A stretch of 64,000 bases of DNA, taken from positions 29,636,001-29,700,000 of the forward strand of contig OZ296650.1 of NCBI GenBank assembly GCA_965655095.1. The letters run 5' to 3'. This DNA is from Haplodiscus bocki (lineage: Eukaryota). Shown piece by piece: positions 40,101-52,745 of the stretch (its first letter is position 1; the number at the start of each line of letters is the position of its first letter). The notes under the pieces are model-generated. The model was given only the letters and a program-made list of their open reading frames with translations, was not told the origin of the DNA and did no database searches. The translations under genes were made by a program, and so were the position numbers.

Positions 40101-43081
40101 TTGAAGTCCCTGTGCTGTTCATGCTCAATCGATAAAGCAGTACCTTATTTCAATTGTATTTGAGTGTTTGACTTCGAACATTCCGATGTTTTTTTCATGA
40201 AACAGCTGCTGTTTTTTTTAATAAAAAATCCTTTGAGTAAACCTGATGCACAATTACGTTGAATTGTTTTCCTCACGTGGCTTTTAGACTTGTCCCAGAT
40301 TTCATCTGAAGTTTTTTTTATTGCACTATCAGGACTATAACCACCTCTGCTTCAAAATGCGGGAAGTGCAGCACTCTAGAAAGATTTTTTGAAGCGTGAA
40401 CTAACTTTAGAGTTTCATAATTTTGTCTTGAGTTCAACACGAATTGTACAGGAAACGTATGCTTCAACTCAAGTTGCATTTTTGATGTTAGCTTGCAGAA
40501 ATGCTTCATTTTCAGGACTTTCATTTACTGAGTTGATGGAATTGTGCTGAAATATTTTCCATGTTGCTTTGTGAGCTCCTTCAGACTTGTAGGTCATTTG
40601 TTTACCTAAAATCAGAGCTCTACAACAACCTTTTGATGTGAATTTGCAGAAAAAAACACAGACAAACTTGTGTTTGCCGCAAATCAAGAGTTACCTTTCA
40701 AAGCTTTCAATTTGTTTTTTGGCTTTTGCAAGGTTGTACATCGAAATCCTAGTTTTGTTCAGACGACTAGATACACCTTCCCGGCAGGGACTTTGCCACA
40801 GGATGGTGTTTTATGAGAGGAGCTTCGTTTCGTATAAAATGAGGCTAATGGTCAACGGTTTTCCAGTATGGTTTTGTTGTAAACGGTACTTGTAAATCTT
40901 GTACTTGCCTGTTTAGTTGAAGCCGAAAGTCTGGATTAACTTTTAAAAGAAGAATTATTAGGAGCACCGCAATTTCAGAGAGTTTTTGGGTTTACCGTTA
41001 CATAGTAGGAATGCTCATAGCTCCTAAATCTCTTTTGCGCTTGCAAAAGGCCAACCAAAATTGTAGCACAAATCACCAAACTGAAGCACCATTTGATGAT
41101 GAATTTGCAAGGGGAACAGCGTTTTTAGAACTTGTTTTGGTTTTATATAGTATGATAGCAACGCTCAGTTAATTTTCAATAAAGTTTTAGGGTTTTTAAT
41201 TGTAGCGAAGAGAATGTTAATTTGAAAAAATTAACTGTGTGAAGCCTTGTTTCTTGATGTGTATTGGAAAAAAAACATTGCAGTTTTCAACAACCTTTTT
41301 CGTCATAGGCGTTGAAAGTTGCCTTGATTTTTCTCAGAAGATGGCTTTTGCTCTTCAAAACTAGTATAACAAGTGTTTTCATTGCAGGTCTACCGCAACC
41401 ATTTTGACGTTTTTGCAAAGCAAGGCATTTTCAAAGAGACATTTTGTTTTTTCGTTTTATATCAGTTGCGTTTTTTTGCTACCAATTGGTCTTGCGGGTT
41501 CCCCAAGCCAGTACAATGCAAATTTAGGCGAGCTGGGATTTTTTTTCAGTTTTCAGACTCGCCCACGAACATTTAATCAAGTTCGAATTGTAATAGTAAC
41601 GTTTTGATGTGGTTTTGTGGAACAGCAGCTTATTCAGAAGGTCCGTCGAGTTGAGGCGTTGTAACACTAACGTTCAATTGTTTTTCCAATATGCTTATGG
41701 ACTCTCCCACATTTCTTCCTGGAACGGTTAGTTTGCTTGGGTAATTTTAATCTCAGTCCAAACTTTTCAAATTTTTTGGTTTTTGAACCTTGTCAGACTG
41801 CTGTTTAATTGTTTTGCAGTATGTTTTTGGGACCGGCCACGGCTTTGCATCAAATTTTCAACCAGGTTAGGAGTTTCTGAATTATCTCCCTTTGTGTGAA
41901 TTTGCTAAAACACGGCTTTTCAGAATGTTTTTTTTTGGTTTAACGCATTTTAAAATTAACATTTAGGTTTTGCCCATTTCGTGTCTTGGACTCGCTCAGA
42001 CTGTTTTGACTTTTCACCCAAAAACAAATGTGAAAGGAAAATCATGCCATCAAATGCGATATTGAACAATCTTTTTTCACGTGTCCTTTTGAATTTCAAT
42101 TTGTCAATTGATAACGTCCAAGGTGACGCTACTTTCCGTTCTTGAGTTTAGGATTTCTTCATTTGCAGAGTGCGACTAAGTAGTTCTAAAACGTACAAAA
42201 TGTGGGGTGTTTGAAAAATGATGTTTTTCCTCTCAAAATTGTATCATTAGTCAATGAAGAAGCATTAGTCTTATAATGGAAAACTCGCTAACAGAAGTCA
42301 AAATTGTTCAAGGGAACAATTGTAAAACTGTCAGGTCTACGTAAAAAATTTGCATTGTCAACGAATTCGGAGTGTTGTTTTACTGTGTACTCAGTCAACG
42401 AATTTCAGGTTCCGTTGAATTCGAACTTCTTGAAATCAAGTTTTTTTTGGTTTGTGAGTCAAAACTTTCATTTAAACCCGCCCCATGTCCTTAATACTAA
42501 TAGCCACATAGTTCTAAACATCTTTTCGTCGTTTCTCTGCAGCACCTTTGATCCTGAAAACAAAGTTCAGGGATGGAGTGCTTATAACGCCAAACTATTT
42601 TGAACATCCGTTATCCACTTCTACGAGGTTTTCATTTTTTGAACGCAGATTTTTCGGATTCTCGATTCTTTTCCTGAAATTTGTTTTTCCCAAAAATATT
42701 TTTCAGTATAAGCACAAAGCAATTTTGACAACGCTGGCGAGAACTTCTATGTCCGATTTCCTGGTTTGCAGTACCAGACTTTTTGGATATTTTCCTCTGC
42801 AATAAAGTCGAACACCGAACGACTTCTGGTCAAAATGGCTGAAAAAGTTATTTTCCGAATGTAGGAATCCAAATGGGCTGAATTTTGCACAAGCTGACCT
42901 GAGCAAGGAGACTCTTTTTTATTTTTGCACACTCAGTTCGGGTTGTGGCGCGAGGTTTTTTTCGGTTTTTTTTCCTGCGAGAGAAACTTGGAAGTCGGAA
43001 CAATTTTTTTTCATCAGACTGATCGCGTTTTGTCTCTTAATATACGTCATTTGTATCTTCTTACATGTCTCCATATTGACT
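31183..43081. repeat. Giant inverted repeat P2: arms 31183-37029 and 37171-43081 (~5.9 kb each), spacer ~140 bp
   Basis: The arms are reverse complements. Mirrored ORFs: 34356-34739(+)/39459-39845(-), 35580-35768(+)/38430-38618(-), 36615-37007(-)/37215-37691(+). Centre: GAATGCGAAGTCATCA ... TGATGACTTCGCATTC. Confidence 0.97.
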
Positions 43082-46000
43082 GACTGTTGCACAGACTGAA
43101 CGAAGAGACATTGTCTTACGACACATTTTCTTTGCTTGAGGTCTGACAATTTTTCGATAAATTCGTTTGCAATAGAAACTTGAAAACTGAGCTCTTTTTG
43201 ACCCATTCAAACAATTTTACATTCTACGGTTGTTGTTTTTCTATATGCAGGTGTCCAAATTAACTGTTTATTCTGCAAGCTAAACGAGGAGATTTTTACT
43301 CATTGCACATTCGAAATCGGTTGTCATCCCGCATTTTATCGGTTTTTTCTGCAAGAAAACCTAAAAATCGAGCTAATTTCAAGTGGGTCGACATTGTCTG
43401 TCGTAAAAAAAATCTTTTGTTTCCAGATTTAGGGCTCCAAATGATTCGATTTTGAAAATTTTTCAAATTACGGCTTTTTTGTTGCTCATTAATTGCAGTT
43501 TCGGTCCGAAATTTTTTCGAATGTGTATTTTGCGCGAAAACATCTTGAAATTTTAGCTTTTGTCGAAATAATATTGGAGCTCCAATTTTTTTCTTTTTGC
43601 GTAATTTTCTTCAGTTTACTATAATTCCGTAAGTTAAAACAGTAGGACTAAAATCGATCATATGATGGGTTTTATTGCGACCAGATCTAGAAAACGAGCT
43701 TTTTTCAAACTTTTAAGTCAAACTGCAGACCCTGTTCAAAAAGCAAGTCCCATTAAAACGCTTTTCCCCATGGCTATAGCAGCAGTCGTACGCTATCAAT
43801 CTCCTACTTTTTAGTTGCTCAGGAAAAGTTTCGTTAGGCTTCTATCCGAAAAAATCAATAAACTCGAGCTTCTTTTAGTCTCTCGAAAATGTATTTATCT
43901 TCCAAGTCTTGTGTCATGGCCCCTAGGTCTACACCTGAAATTGAGTTCTTCATAAATTAAACCGATGACTCTCCTCTGTGACATCTTAGTTTGTCGGTTT
44001 GGTGTTAAAATTTCTAGAAAGGTTTTTTCTTGCGAAAAATTATGAAAACCGAATCCTTCTGACTTTTTTGTCAACTTAGAGTAATATATACTCGAAATAA
44101 CCGCCAAGCAATTTCTTTTTCTAAGGAGAACTAAGATAAGCGTTGTTCTAATAACTTCTACGGTGTTGCTCTGGCCACAGAATAAGGTAATTTTTGATAG
44201 ATATCCAACGAGAGAAATTACAGCTTTTTCTCGGTAGTTTCGAACTTTTTTCGTCGATTCTTGTACAATGTCCCAAAAGACAGGACTAATAATAGCCCAG
44301 TATTTCCATTGCCAAAACAAAAGGACTGTTTTTCCAACTGCTAATTTTTTCTGAGGTGAGGCATTTTTGCCATGCTTTTTGGCAACAGAACTTGACACTC
44401 GAGCTGTTTTTGATTTTTTGTAGTTGCGAACTTTCATTATCTTGGGCAGTTGAGTCTGAAAAATTTCTCAAATAAAAAAGCAAGGACGCGCCACTCAATT
44501 ATTTTTTGTTTAGGGTCAGAAAAATTATCGATAAACGTTTAACGAAAAAAACTTTCAGATTGAGACATTTTGGTCTTGTGAAGTTGTAACGAATCTTAAA
44601 CCTATATCCTGGAAGCAAGGGTTGCATTCGAAGATAATTTGGCATTGCAAGAAAAAAGACACCCCAGTGTTTTGCACAGTGTTTTTTAAAGGCAGTCAGG
44701 ATTTTTTCGATAGGTTTCCGAAAAACGTTTAAAACGAGCTTTTTTAAATACTTTTAAAAAGCGTTGGTTTTTAAAAAACTCTGTAAAACGCCGACGTGTG
44801 AGGTAACAACTGATGGCATGTTCTCTTTTTATTTTGGCAAGCTGCTACCTGCAAGCCCAGCACTGAAGCCATGGTGCGGATCTTCTTGTTTCCGATTCGT
44901 AGCAGGCCGAAAATGACAAAAATGTTAATTTTTACATCCAGGTTTCCGAAACTGTTTTCCTCTATTATTGCCAATTTCAATTCTTCCATCAACGGCTCAG
45001 GCAACATTTTTTTTAAACTTGAGGAAGACTCTTCAACTGAAAAAAACATGATTAGTGATTTTTGGGTTGGAGTGCTGTTAGTCCAAGAATGCTGAATATT
45101 GATAAGAAATACGACACTTCACTATGCTCAACTTCTCATTTCTCCAAAACTAATAGTTTCACTGCTATCAAGGTGTTATTTGATAGCTTCACTTCTACAG
45201 AATGGCTTTCCGATTGAATTTCCTTTATTTCTGGACAGTCAACATTATGGTCATGATAGGCCAAAAAAACCGAAAAAAAATCAATCTATTGGTAATTTGT
45301 CCATTTTCAAACTCAAAATTTTCTAAAGGTCTGCGATATGCAAATGCTTGTGCCAGTGTAATAGATTTTATCATAAACCAATTTCGATACAAATTCACAA
45401 ATTAAAGAATCAAGCAATAAATTCAAAGATTGAATTCTTCGGATAATGTGTCAATCCAAAAGCAACTTCTATGTTCGACAATTCAGTGCTACAGGCTTCG
45501 TCGGAGAATATCGCAATGCGACTGCGCCTCTTGTTTTTTATTCACTTGTTCCCTCGTGAACATTTTCGTCTTCGTAGGAAGCGTACTCACTTTTTGGTTC
45601 CAATCTGCAATGGTTCAATGGTTTAACAAGCGCAGTTTGCTGTTTTTGAGGAAAGGCTTGATTGGTGTATATACTTGATTTTTTTTTTGCATTCACCGCG
45701 CAATATTATTAAACACTTGCTACCAACATCCGAGATGTACACAGTCTGTGCTTATAGATGAATTGCAACGGGAAAAAAGGAAGAATTCCGTTAAATAATC
45801 AAGGCGTCAAGTACGTTTTCGGTCTTTTTCCGCGTCCAAAATTTTTTATTCCCTGGTAATCCTAAAAATTAGCGGTCAAAAACGCTAGAAACATTATCTT
45901 TGGAGGGAAATTCTTCATTTTTGGAATTCCCTAGTTTGTTTTCAAACATTCCATAGATTTCAAAACATTGCAGTGACAAATGGCAACTTTTTCCTGTGTC

Positions 46001-46239
46001 CCTTCACAAAATGCCAAATGTATACTCCAATTGAATTTTAAACGGACGAAATTGTTTCGGAATGTTTCTAAAATTTTTTGGAGAAATGTTGCCTAATACT
46101 ACCAAAAATAATCCATTATACAGAAATTCACGAAAATATGTGCAAAAATGCGTGTGGTGTGGCGGGGGAGCCTACAAATCAACTGAAACGTGTTTTTCTA
46201 GTGACTCTAACTTTCAAGTTCCTCTCATCTTGAGCTGGT

Positions 46240-47916
46240 CCCGAGCGATGAAATGCATTCATCTGAATCATTTTACGCAGATGATGAAGACTTAATGGAT
46301 ACCAAACCCGAACAATTAAAATTTATACAAGAAAAAACTTCCATTTTGAAGAAATACAATCTCCACGCAAATCCAGAAAAACCGAAATCACCATCTTTAA
46401 AAGAGATGCAGTGAAGATGAACAGAAAATGGCGAAGAATTAAAAAATTCGGATCGCTTTCAGGCGGTGAAGAAGATATCAATAGAAAAATCCTAGCTACC
46501 GCAGCCCTTTCTAGACTACAAAAAATCTAGAAAAGAAGTGCTAAAATTACATTCAGAAAAAGAATTCTTATTTACAATTCTCTCGTCAATTCAATCCTTT
46601 TGTGTAATGCTGAAACTTGGCGTTTAGGCCAGACAGAAGAAAGAAATTGAACGCATTCAACAGACAACAATTACGAATTATTCTTCATATCAAGTACCCA
46701 CACCGAATTTCAAACAAATGTCTATATGAAAAGTGCAATAGCAATACCATGGGATCAGAAATACGAAAACGGCGATGGGAGTTACTCGGACACGTCCTTC
46801 GAATGGATGAAAACGTGCCTACACACAAAGTCATGGTACATTATTTCACCACAAGTCGAGGAAATAAATTCAGAGGACGACCCAGAACAACTATCATAAC
46901 CATAAATGAAGATATACTTCGATGGAGATAGCGCATTCCTCGTGAGTCCAGAGCTATGGAACTCCTCAGCACTATGGACGATTTAATTCACATGACAATA
47001 CAAGCAAGAGATCGTGATGGATGGCGACAGATATGGAGAACAATGTGTGTGGCTGCCTGATGCGAGTACATTGATTTAAATACAGTAGTGTCAGAAAAAT
47101 GAATCTTTATTTGTGAATTAATACTGGAACGCTATATATACTTGCGTATTACTCAAAAACAACTGAAAATCACAAATTATGTTCAAAAAAAAGTTTCTTA
47201 GAATTTTATCTAGTTTACAATGGTGTTTGTTTGAAACTTCTAGGATCACTATCATAGAAGTTGGGAGATTTTGCACCTCCATGTATTAAGATAGGAGGTT
47301 GATTTTGCGTCACAACTTTCGATGTTTTAAGTAGTACCTTCTACTCCGTTTTTGTTTTTCATTTCATATACTGTTAATATATGCCTTCCATCTACTGATT
47401 ACACTCAGAAATTGACAGCTCCCCAGTGTTTACACTATCAAAATGTGGAGACATTTCTTGAGCAAAAGTAGTCATTCCCAATGTCAATACGTTGTAAAAG
47501 GTGTCATTTCAGAGAATGTCTCCGCATTTTGATAGTGTAAACACTGGGGAGCTGCCAATTTCTTAGTAATCAGTAGATGGAAGGCATCTTAACAGTATAT
47601 GAAATGTAAACAAAAACAGAGTAGAAGGTACTTAAAACATCGAAAGTTGCAACGCAAAATCAACCTCGTATCTTAATACATAGAGGTACAAAATCTCCCA
47701 ACTTCTATAATAGTGATCCTAAAAGTTTCAAACAAGCACCATCGTAAACTAGATAAAATTCTAAGAAACTTTTGCTTCGAACATAATTTGTGATTTTCAG
47801 TTGTTTTTGAGTATTACGCAAGTATATGTAGCGTTCCAGTATTAATTCACAAATAAAGGTTCCTTTCTTTTCTGACACTACTTTATACTGGCGAAAGGCT
47901 AGGATGATGATGATGA
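46240..47916 (+). mobile_element. 5'-truncated, decayed RTE-clade non-LTR retrotransposon with (GAT)n tail, interrupted by a MITE
   Basis: RT motif YADD at 46274-46285. C-terminal motifs NAETW, RRWELLGHVLRM and RGRPRTT. Frameshifts and stops present. (GAT)4 tail at 47903-47916. Confidence 0.85.
47083..47883. mobile_element. Foldback MITE, Tc1/mariner-like; arms ~370 bp, spacer ~60 bp, TA target duplication
   Basis: TA|CAGTAGTGTCAGAAAA on the left; TTTTCTGACACTACTT|TA on the right (terminal base mutated). Arms 47083-47455 and 47515-47883 are reverse complements. No ORF. Confidence 0.85.
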
Positions 47917-48063
47917 AGTTCCTTTCAATGCTTACTGAACTTTTTAATTATGAGTTTTGTTCGTGTGGTTGTTTCATTCTGCATGTTTTGCAATGCTTCG
48001 CCTCGGAGTGTCAATTTTTTTGCAGTCCCGTGAAGATTTCATTACATTTAATTTCAGGCAATC

Positions 48064-48645
48064 ATGAAACTGCATGGCTTTGAGTTTTGGGACAACATAG
48101 GGCGACCCAAGTATGTACTTGCCCCCATGGTCGAACACAGCGAGCTTGCGTGGAGACTGCTGAGCAGAAAATATGGCGCCCAGTTAACTTACACACCCAT
48201 GATAAATTCATCAATCATTCTAACTGATGAAACATATCGCAAAAAAATGATGCAAATGCACAAATCGGATTGGCCCTTGATTGTCCAGTTCTGTGGAAAT
48301 GATCCGCACACTTTATTGAAAGCTGCCAAAATTGTGGAGCCTTTTTGTGAAGCTGTTGATTTGAATTTGGGTTGTCCCCAAAATATTGCCAAAAGAGGTC
48401 ATTATGGGGCGTTTTTAGAAGAATGGGATCTGATTCACAAAATTGTAAATACTCTTCATACTGGGCTGGAAACTATACCTGTAACGGTTAAATTCAGAGT
48501 ATTCGACTCCACGGAGTCAAGCTGTGAGTTTGCGAAAATGTTGGTCAAAGCAGGAGCCTCGGTTTTGGCTGTGCATGGACGTACCCGCGAACAGAAGGGT
48601 CCGCTCACCGGGTTGGCTGATTGGCAGAAAATTGCTGAGATAAAA
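48064..48645 (+). CDS. DUS1L: tRNA-dihydrouridine(16/17) synthase DUS1-like, coding exon 1
   Basis: Motifs LAPMVEHSELAWRLLSR, YTPM, PLIVQFCGND, DLNLGCPQNIAKRGHYGAFL, VTVKFR, VHGRTREQKG, ADW. TTTCAG acceptor ends at 48057. Donor GTTAGT at 48646 (phase 0). Confidence 0.95.
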
Positions 48646-48993
48646 GTTAGTTTAAGGACATTGCACGAAGAGATGCAGATTTTCGAGGGAGTTGCGTCAA
48701 CTTTAGATCAGGAAACTATGTACATGCTGTAAATCTTTGTATCATCTCTGGGTAGTTATAGTTTAATTTAAAAAGCAATTAACTAAGTTGAGTAACCATC
48801 ATTCCAAATGAATATCAAACGAGAGTTTTTTATACATATTATGGAAAGTAATATGAACAGAATAAAGCTGCAGTGAGTCTCCAGCTCTTGCAGCTGGGCC
48901 TCACATCTATAATAGTGAAGTTTTGAAACCGGAGACTTTTTTCAGATCTCTTTGCTTCTCTTCTGCTAAGTCAATTAATTTCAGCTTGCTACT

Positions 48994-51800
48994 TTAAAGG
49001 GTGTTGGCCATAATGTTGATGTCACATTCATTTATTGGCGTGGTTCTCAAGACATTTTTCCGTTTTCCTCTCAAAGCAATAAGTGCTGTACCTTTTTTAA
49101 TGAAGATGCGAGGGAGAGTGATCCCATCGACGAAAAGTCGTCAATCCACAACAACAACAATAATGGTTAAAAAAATCCGTTTTCGAATGAGCGTGATTGC
49201 CTCGACCTATGAGGATTGTCTTTTCGCTCAATTTTTCAGCCCAAAACTTTGTGAAAATGAGTTGCCTCTTCACTTGTAGCACCGTTAGTGCTAAAGACGA
49301 GTGGGGTGAAGCTAGAGTTTTCAATTTCACGTACACGTTCATTGTATTGGGTCTTTTTAATTGTTTCATTCTGTTTCAGGATTGTTTTCTGAGGTTTATT
49401 CACGTGACTGGGACAGTTTGAGTGGGTTACTCTGACGTCGAAAAAAAGTTCTCCAGAGGTCGCCAGAAACTTTGGCATAATACGTCGAGCCTCGCATTTT
49501 CATCCGAATTAGCTCTGCGAGAGAGAATATCTCTGAGTTTAAAGGTATCAGCCGGTTCAATTCCGACGTCTTTGCATACGTTCGATAGTAACTCCGCTTC
49601 AAGATCTCGTATCGCGTTATGCCTTAGGATTACAAATTCTCCAAGTTGACATATCATTGCCTGATCATTGATGTTTTCCTTCCCGCATTCACATAGGCGA
49701 TGGAGATCTTTAATACCCCACTCGTATCTCAAATGTATTGCATCTTTGAACTTTGCTCTGTTGAAGTACATTCCTTGTTCTTTGGATAGTAATGACGTCA
49801 ACCATGTTGAGTTCCTTCCGTTTGCAATAGTTCTAAGTGTCTCTGCATTTTATCTTCGCTTTTTCCTAGTACTTCCTCGTAGGAAATTTTGGCTGATTGC
49901 AGTATGTTTTCACATTTTCAATTTCCGGTCAGGATCAGATTGAAAAGCTTCTCCAGATATGATATCTCGCTTCTTGTAATTCTTCAGTTAAAAAATTGGA
50001 ATCACGGAATTGTTGCCGGCATCGTTGAGACGGATTTGGAACCCCCAGTCCTCCATACCGAGTATGTAGGGCAGTAATATCTCTATCCGTATCAGAAATG
50101 TTTTGACGTCCTGTGATAACCTCCACGAAGCTACAATTTTCTCCTTGTAAGTGTTTCATCAAATCGCTCACCCTGTCAAGGATGCTGTTGAAATACTTCC
50201 ACCTGTTCCGGAGAATTCGCGTGTACACTATGTAGCTGAGATGGGGCTCGGATTGCGCTGCTATTGAAAATGCCCTAACTTGTTTTCTCCAGGTTTTGTT
50301 TTTGTCCTCTCCGAACTTCCTGCAAGGTTGTATTTCACCTATAACGGCTCCCAAATGTTTCGGTGCGGTTTGAGTGCTGCTCTTTCCGGTTTTTTCCGAA
50401 AATTCTCTTAGCTTCAGTTGCTATTTCTTCAGACTTGCAGATAAGCCTACATTTAGATGCCTTGGGAAAGTAACCATAATTTCGGCCAAACTCGTTTATC
50501 TGATCCCACCATTTCTTTACAGGCAAAATTTCACTCAGGCATTCAACTTCATCCGCAAACCATTCCAGTACTATTTTTCTTCGATCGAGTCTGTCCATCA
50601 AGTGTTTCATACCGATAGCGTTATAGCCCCTTGCGATGTTGTCCTCTTGTATAGTGCCTTCTTGCGATTGAAGTTTCCTGCCTTTCCGGATGAACGGGCG
50701 TGCTGCTTTCTGGTAGGCGTTCATAAGATAGCAATGGATTTTGGGACAGATGAACTGAGCATTATGTAGGTATCATTCTCGATTATCGAAAGCGTTTGAT
50801 GCGTCTATCTGAAGCATGCATTCCGTTGAAGTTAAACCATAGATTTTTGTGGCCCCTTGGATAGCAGCTACGATGTCATCTTCTTGTCCACCGCAGTTTT
50901 GTCGGACGCCATCTGTTTCGTCCACATCCGCTTTCAGAAGCTTGGAAACTGTTTTACCGATGACTCTTCGTAGGACTTCTATGCCGATCGGTGTAACAGT
51001 TCCTTGGCCATCCTTTTCCAAAGCAATAGTTTGCATGCGGTGTAGGTCTCAAGTGCCACCGGATCAACTTTTTCACAACGTATTTTTCCGGCAATTTTAG
51101 ACACGGTGTTGCAAAGCTTACTTGTTTGGATTTGTTCGATCAGGCCATTCGTCGAAAATTCGCCGCGTCTGGACCACTGGGTCCTTTAGATCCTTGCGTC
51201 TGCATTGCCGCGTGGTATATTTCGGAGTGGTTCTTGGATTCAAAGACAACGGGGTTAATTTCCACTGGTGATCCCTGAATCGTTTGGGATGTCAGTACTT
51301 GTCGACGTGGCGGACGCAGTTTTTGTAATTCTTTCATCACATTTTCATTTGGCTGTAGGACACCTTTGGAATCCTCTTGTTCAATGAGATTCATTGCTGC
51401 TGTCAACTTTCCTTCAAGCACTAGTTTGGCGAATGCTTCATTGATACTTGACTGGCATGTTGTAGATTTGTGCAGCTCTTGTTGGATTGCTTCACATTCC
51501 TTATAAATCAGATCGGTTTCCCCATCAATCCACCAATTCAGTCGTTTCTCTAAAATTTTCGAATGATCTTTCGATATCTTGAAAGGTTTTTGTATCAACA
51601 TGCAGTAGACATGGAAGATTTTTCGTGATTTGTGGTGCAGGGAGGAGTTTTCGACGAAGAGGTGGAGGATTCAGCCAGCTTGTTGAACAAAACCACTGCA
51701 TTACCCTGTGGTAGATCAAACGCTTTTCATCCAAGACAGCTTCCTCGTAAATATCATCAATTCTCCGATAAAATATTTCGTCTTTGCTCATCGGAGTGCT
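48994..51800 (-). mobile_element. Decayed CRE-like non-LTR retrotransposon ORF (RT plus restriction-like endonuclease), in DUS1L intron
   Basis: Ordered fragments: LIQKP..KDHSKILEKRL, PSGPDA, PIGIEVLRRVIGK, DASNAF, SQEGTIQ, WFADE, YGYFPKASKC, GAVIG, RYGGLG, RHNAIRD, ARLDV, FFDVRVTH, FTPLVFSTNG. Many frameshifts. Confidence 0.85.
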
Positions 51801-52289
51801 TGGTTCCGACCAACGCGAGGTAATTCAGAGCACTTGCATGCCCTGGGTTATACCACCCGAGACATCATTTTCGTATCTGGTGTCATTTTTCAGGGGCATC
51901 CATCCCTTGAGCCATCCCTTGAGTAAGGCCGGAGTGTAAATCTTGACATTTTTTTGCATATGAAATCGCTGGTCCATTTTTTCGCCGATGAAAGTCCACT
52001 GAACATGACATGGACATAACCACATAGATGCCACCAAAGACCTTGATTTTTTTTCGAAACACCATTACATGAACTTCATTTCATTTGATCGGCCATTTTA
52101 TTGTTACTCAAATTCTCGTTCGTGATCTGTGCTAATGAAAGCTACGAAGATCAAAAAGAGCCTATGTTGAATCAGTTGCGAGATGTTGTCTTCTTCTCTT
52201 TCTGCCAATATTCTCAAGATCAGATAGTTGTTAAAAATACTTAAATGAATTGTCGTTCTAGCTGAAGGTTCAAATGAACTTAGCCGAGT

Positions 52290-52745
52290 TCATTTCGCAC
52301 GCTGGCATCAGTTTTCTCACGATATTATATCAATTTTTCTCAAGGTCGATAATGTGAGTACCAGTTTCCAGTAGCTTGTGGTATATACTCGTAGCTTTGT
52401 GGCGTTGACAGTGCAGAATTGAGCGGACACGTGGTTTGAAGGAGCGGAGGAGAGAGCAAAGTTCTTCGGGATCGGCAGTTGGGTAGTCTTTTCTGGGATC
52501 GTTTGTTTTGGATTGGGATAACGAGATCGGATGTTGCTTATAATGTCGTGCCAAATTATGAGGTCAGACTTGCATCTCAATGTTTAGTCGTTGTTCAGTA
52601 GAAATTGCAATAGCTGTTTCGGATTGGGATGATGTGGGTTGAGCCCAATCCCTGGAATTGCTTTTAAATGTCCTCTGAGATATTTGTTTTCTTTTTCGGC
52701 TTTTTTGGCGAATAGTCTGAGTAAGCTAGCTGCAATTATATGCAT
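52290..52745 (-). pseudogene. Disrupted ORF upstream of the CRE-like RT, possibly an SGNH-esterase-like ORF1
   Basis: Manual translation: MHIIAASLLRLFAKK...KAIPGIGLNP...QFLLNND*TLRCKSDLIIWHDIISN..., then a frameshift to ...EELCSLLRSFKPRVRSILHCQR. The fold call is inference. Confidence 0.4.

Noticed and set aside
16753-43081. P1 and P2 as assembly or fold-back read artefacts
   Set aside because: The arms differ by many substitutions and multi-base indels and have unique spacers. Long-read confirmation is still advisable.
16740-43095. Target-site duplications or shared termini for P1 and P2
   Set aside because: I found none; similarity fades at the outer edges. They are therefore annotated as repeats, not as transposons.
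14076-43206. Mirrored ORFs in the palindrome arms as duplicated genes or a transposase
   Set aside because: They are short, not preserved between arms (stops and frameshifts differ), and have no DDE or other domain motifs.
43895-44437. 180-aa minus-strand ORF
   Set aside because: No recognisable motifs or exon signals; probably a chance ORF. BLASTp/HHpred would settle it.
48646-48732. C-terminal extensions of the listed ORFs 48064-48732, 9238-9549 and 61501-61986
   Set aside because: These are intronic read-through past splice donors; for DUS1L and SCOC, homology resumes at the downstream exons.
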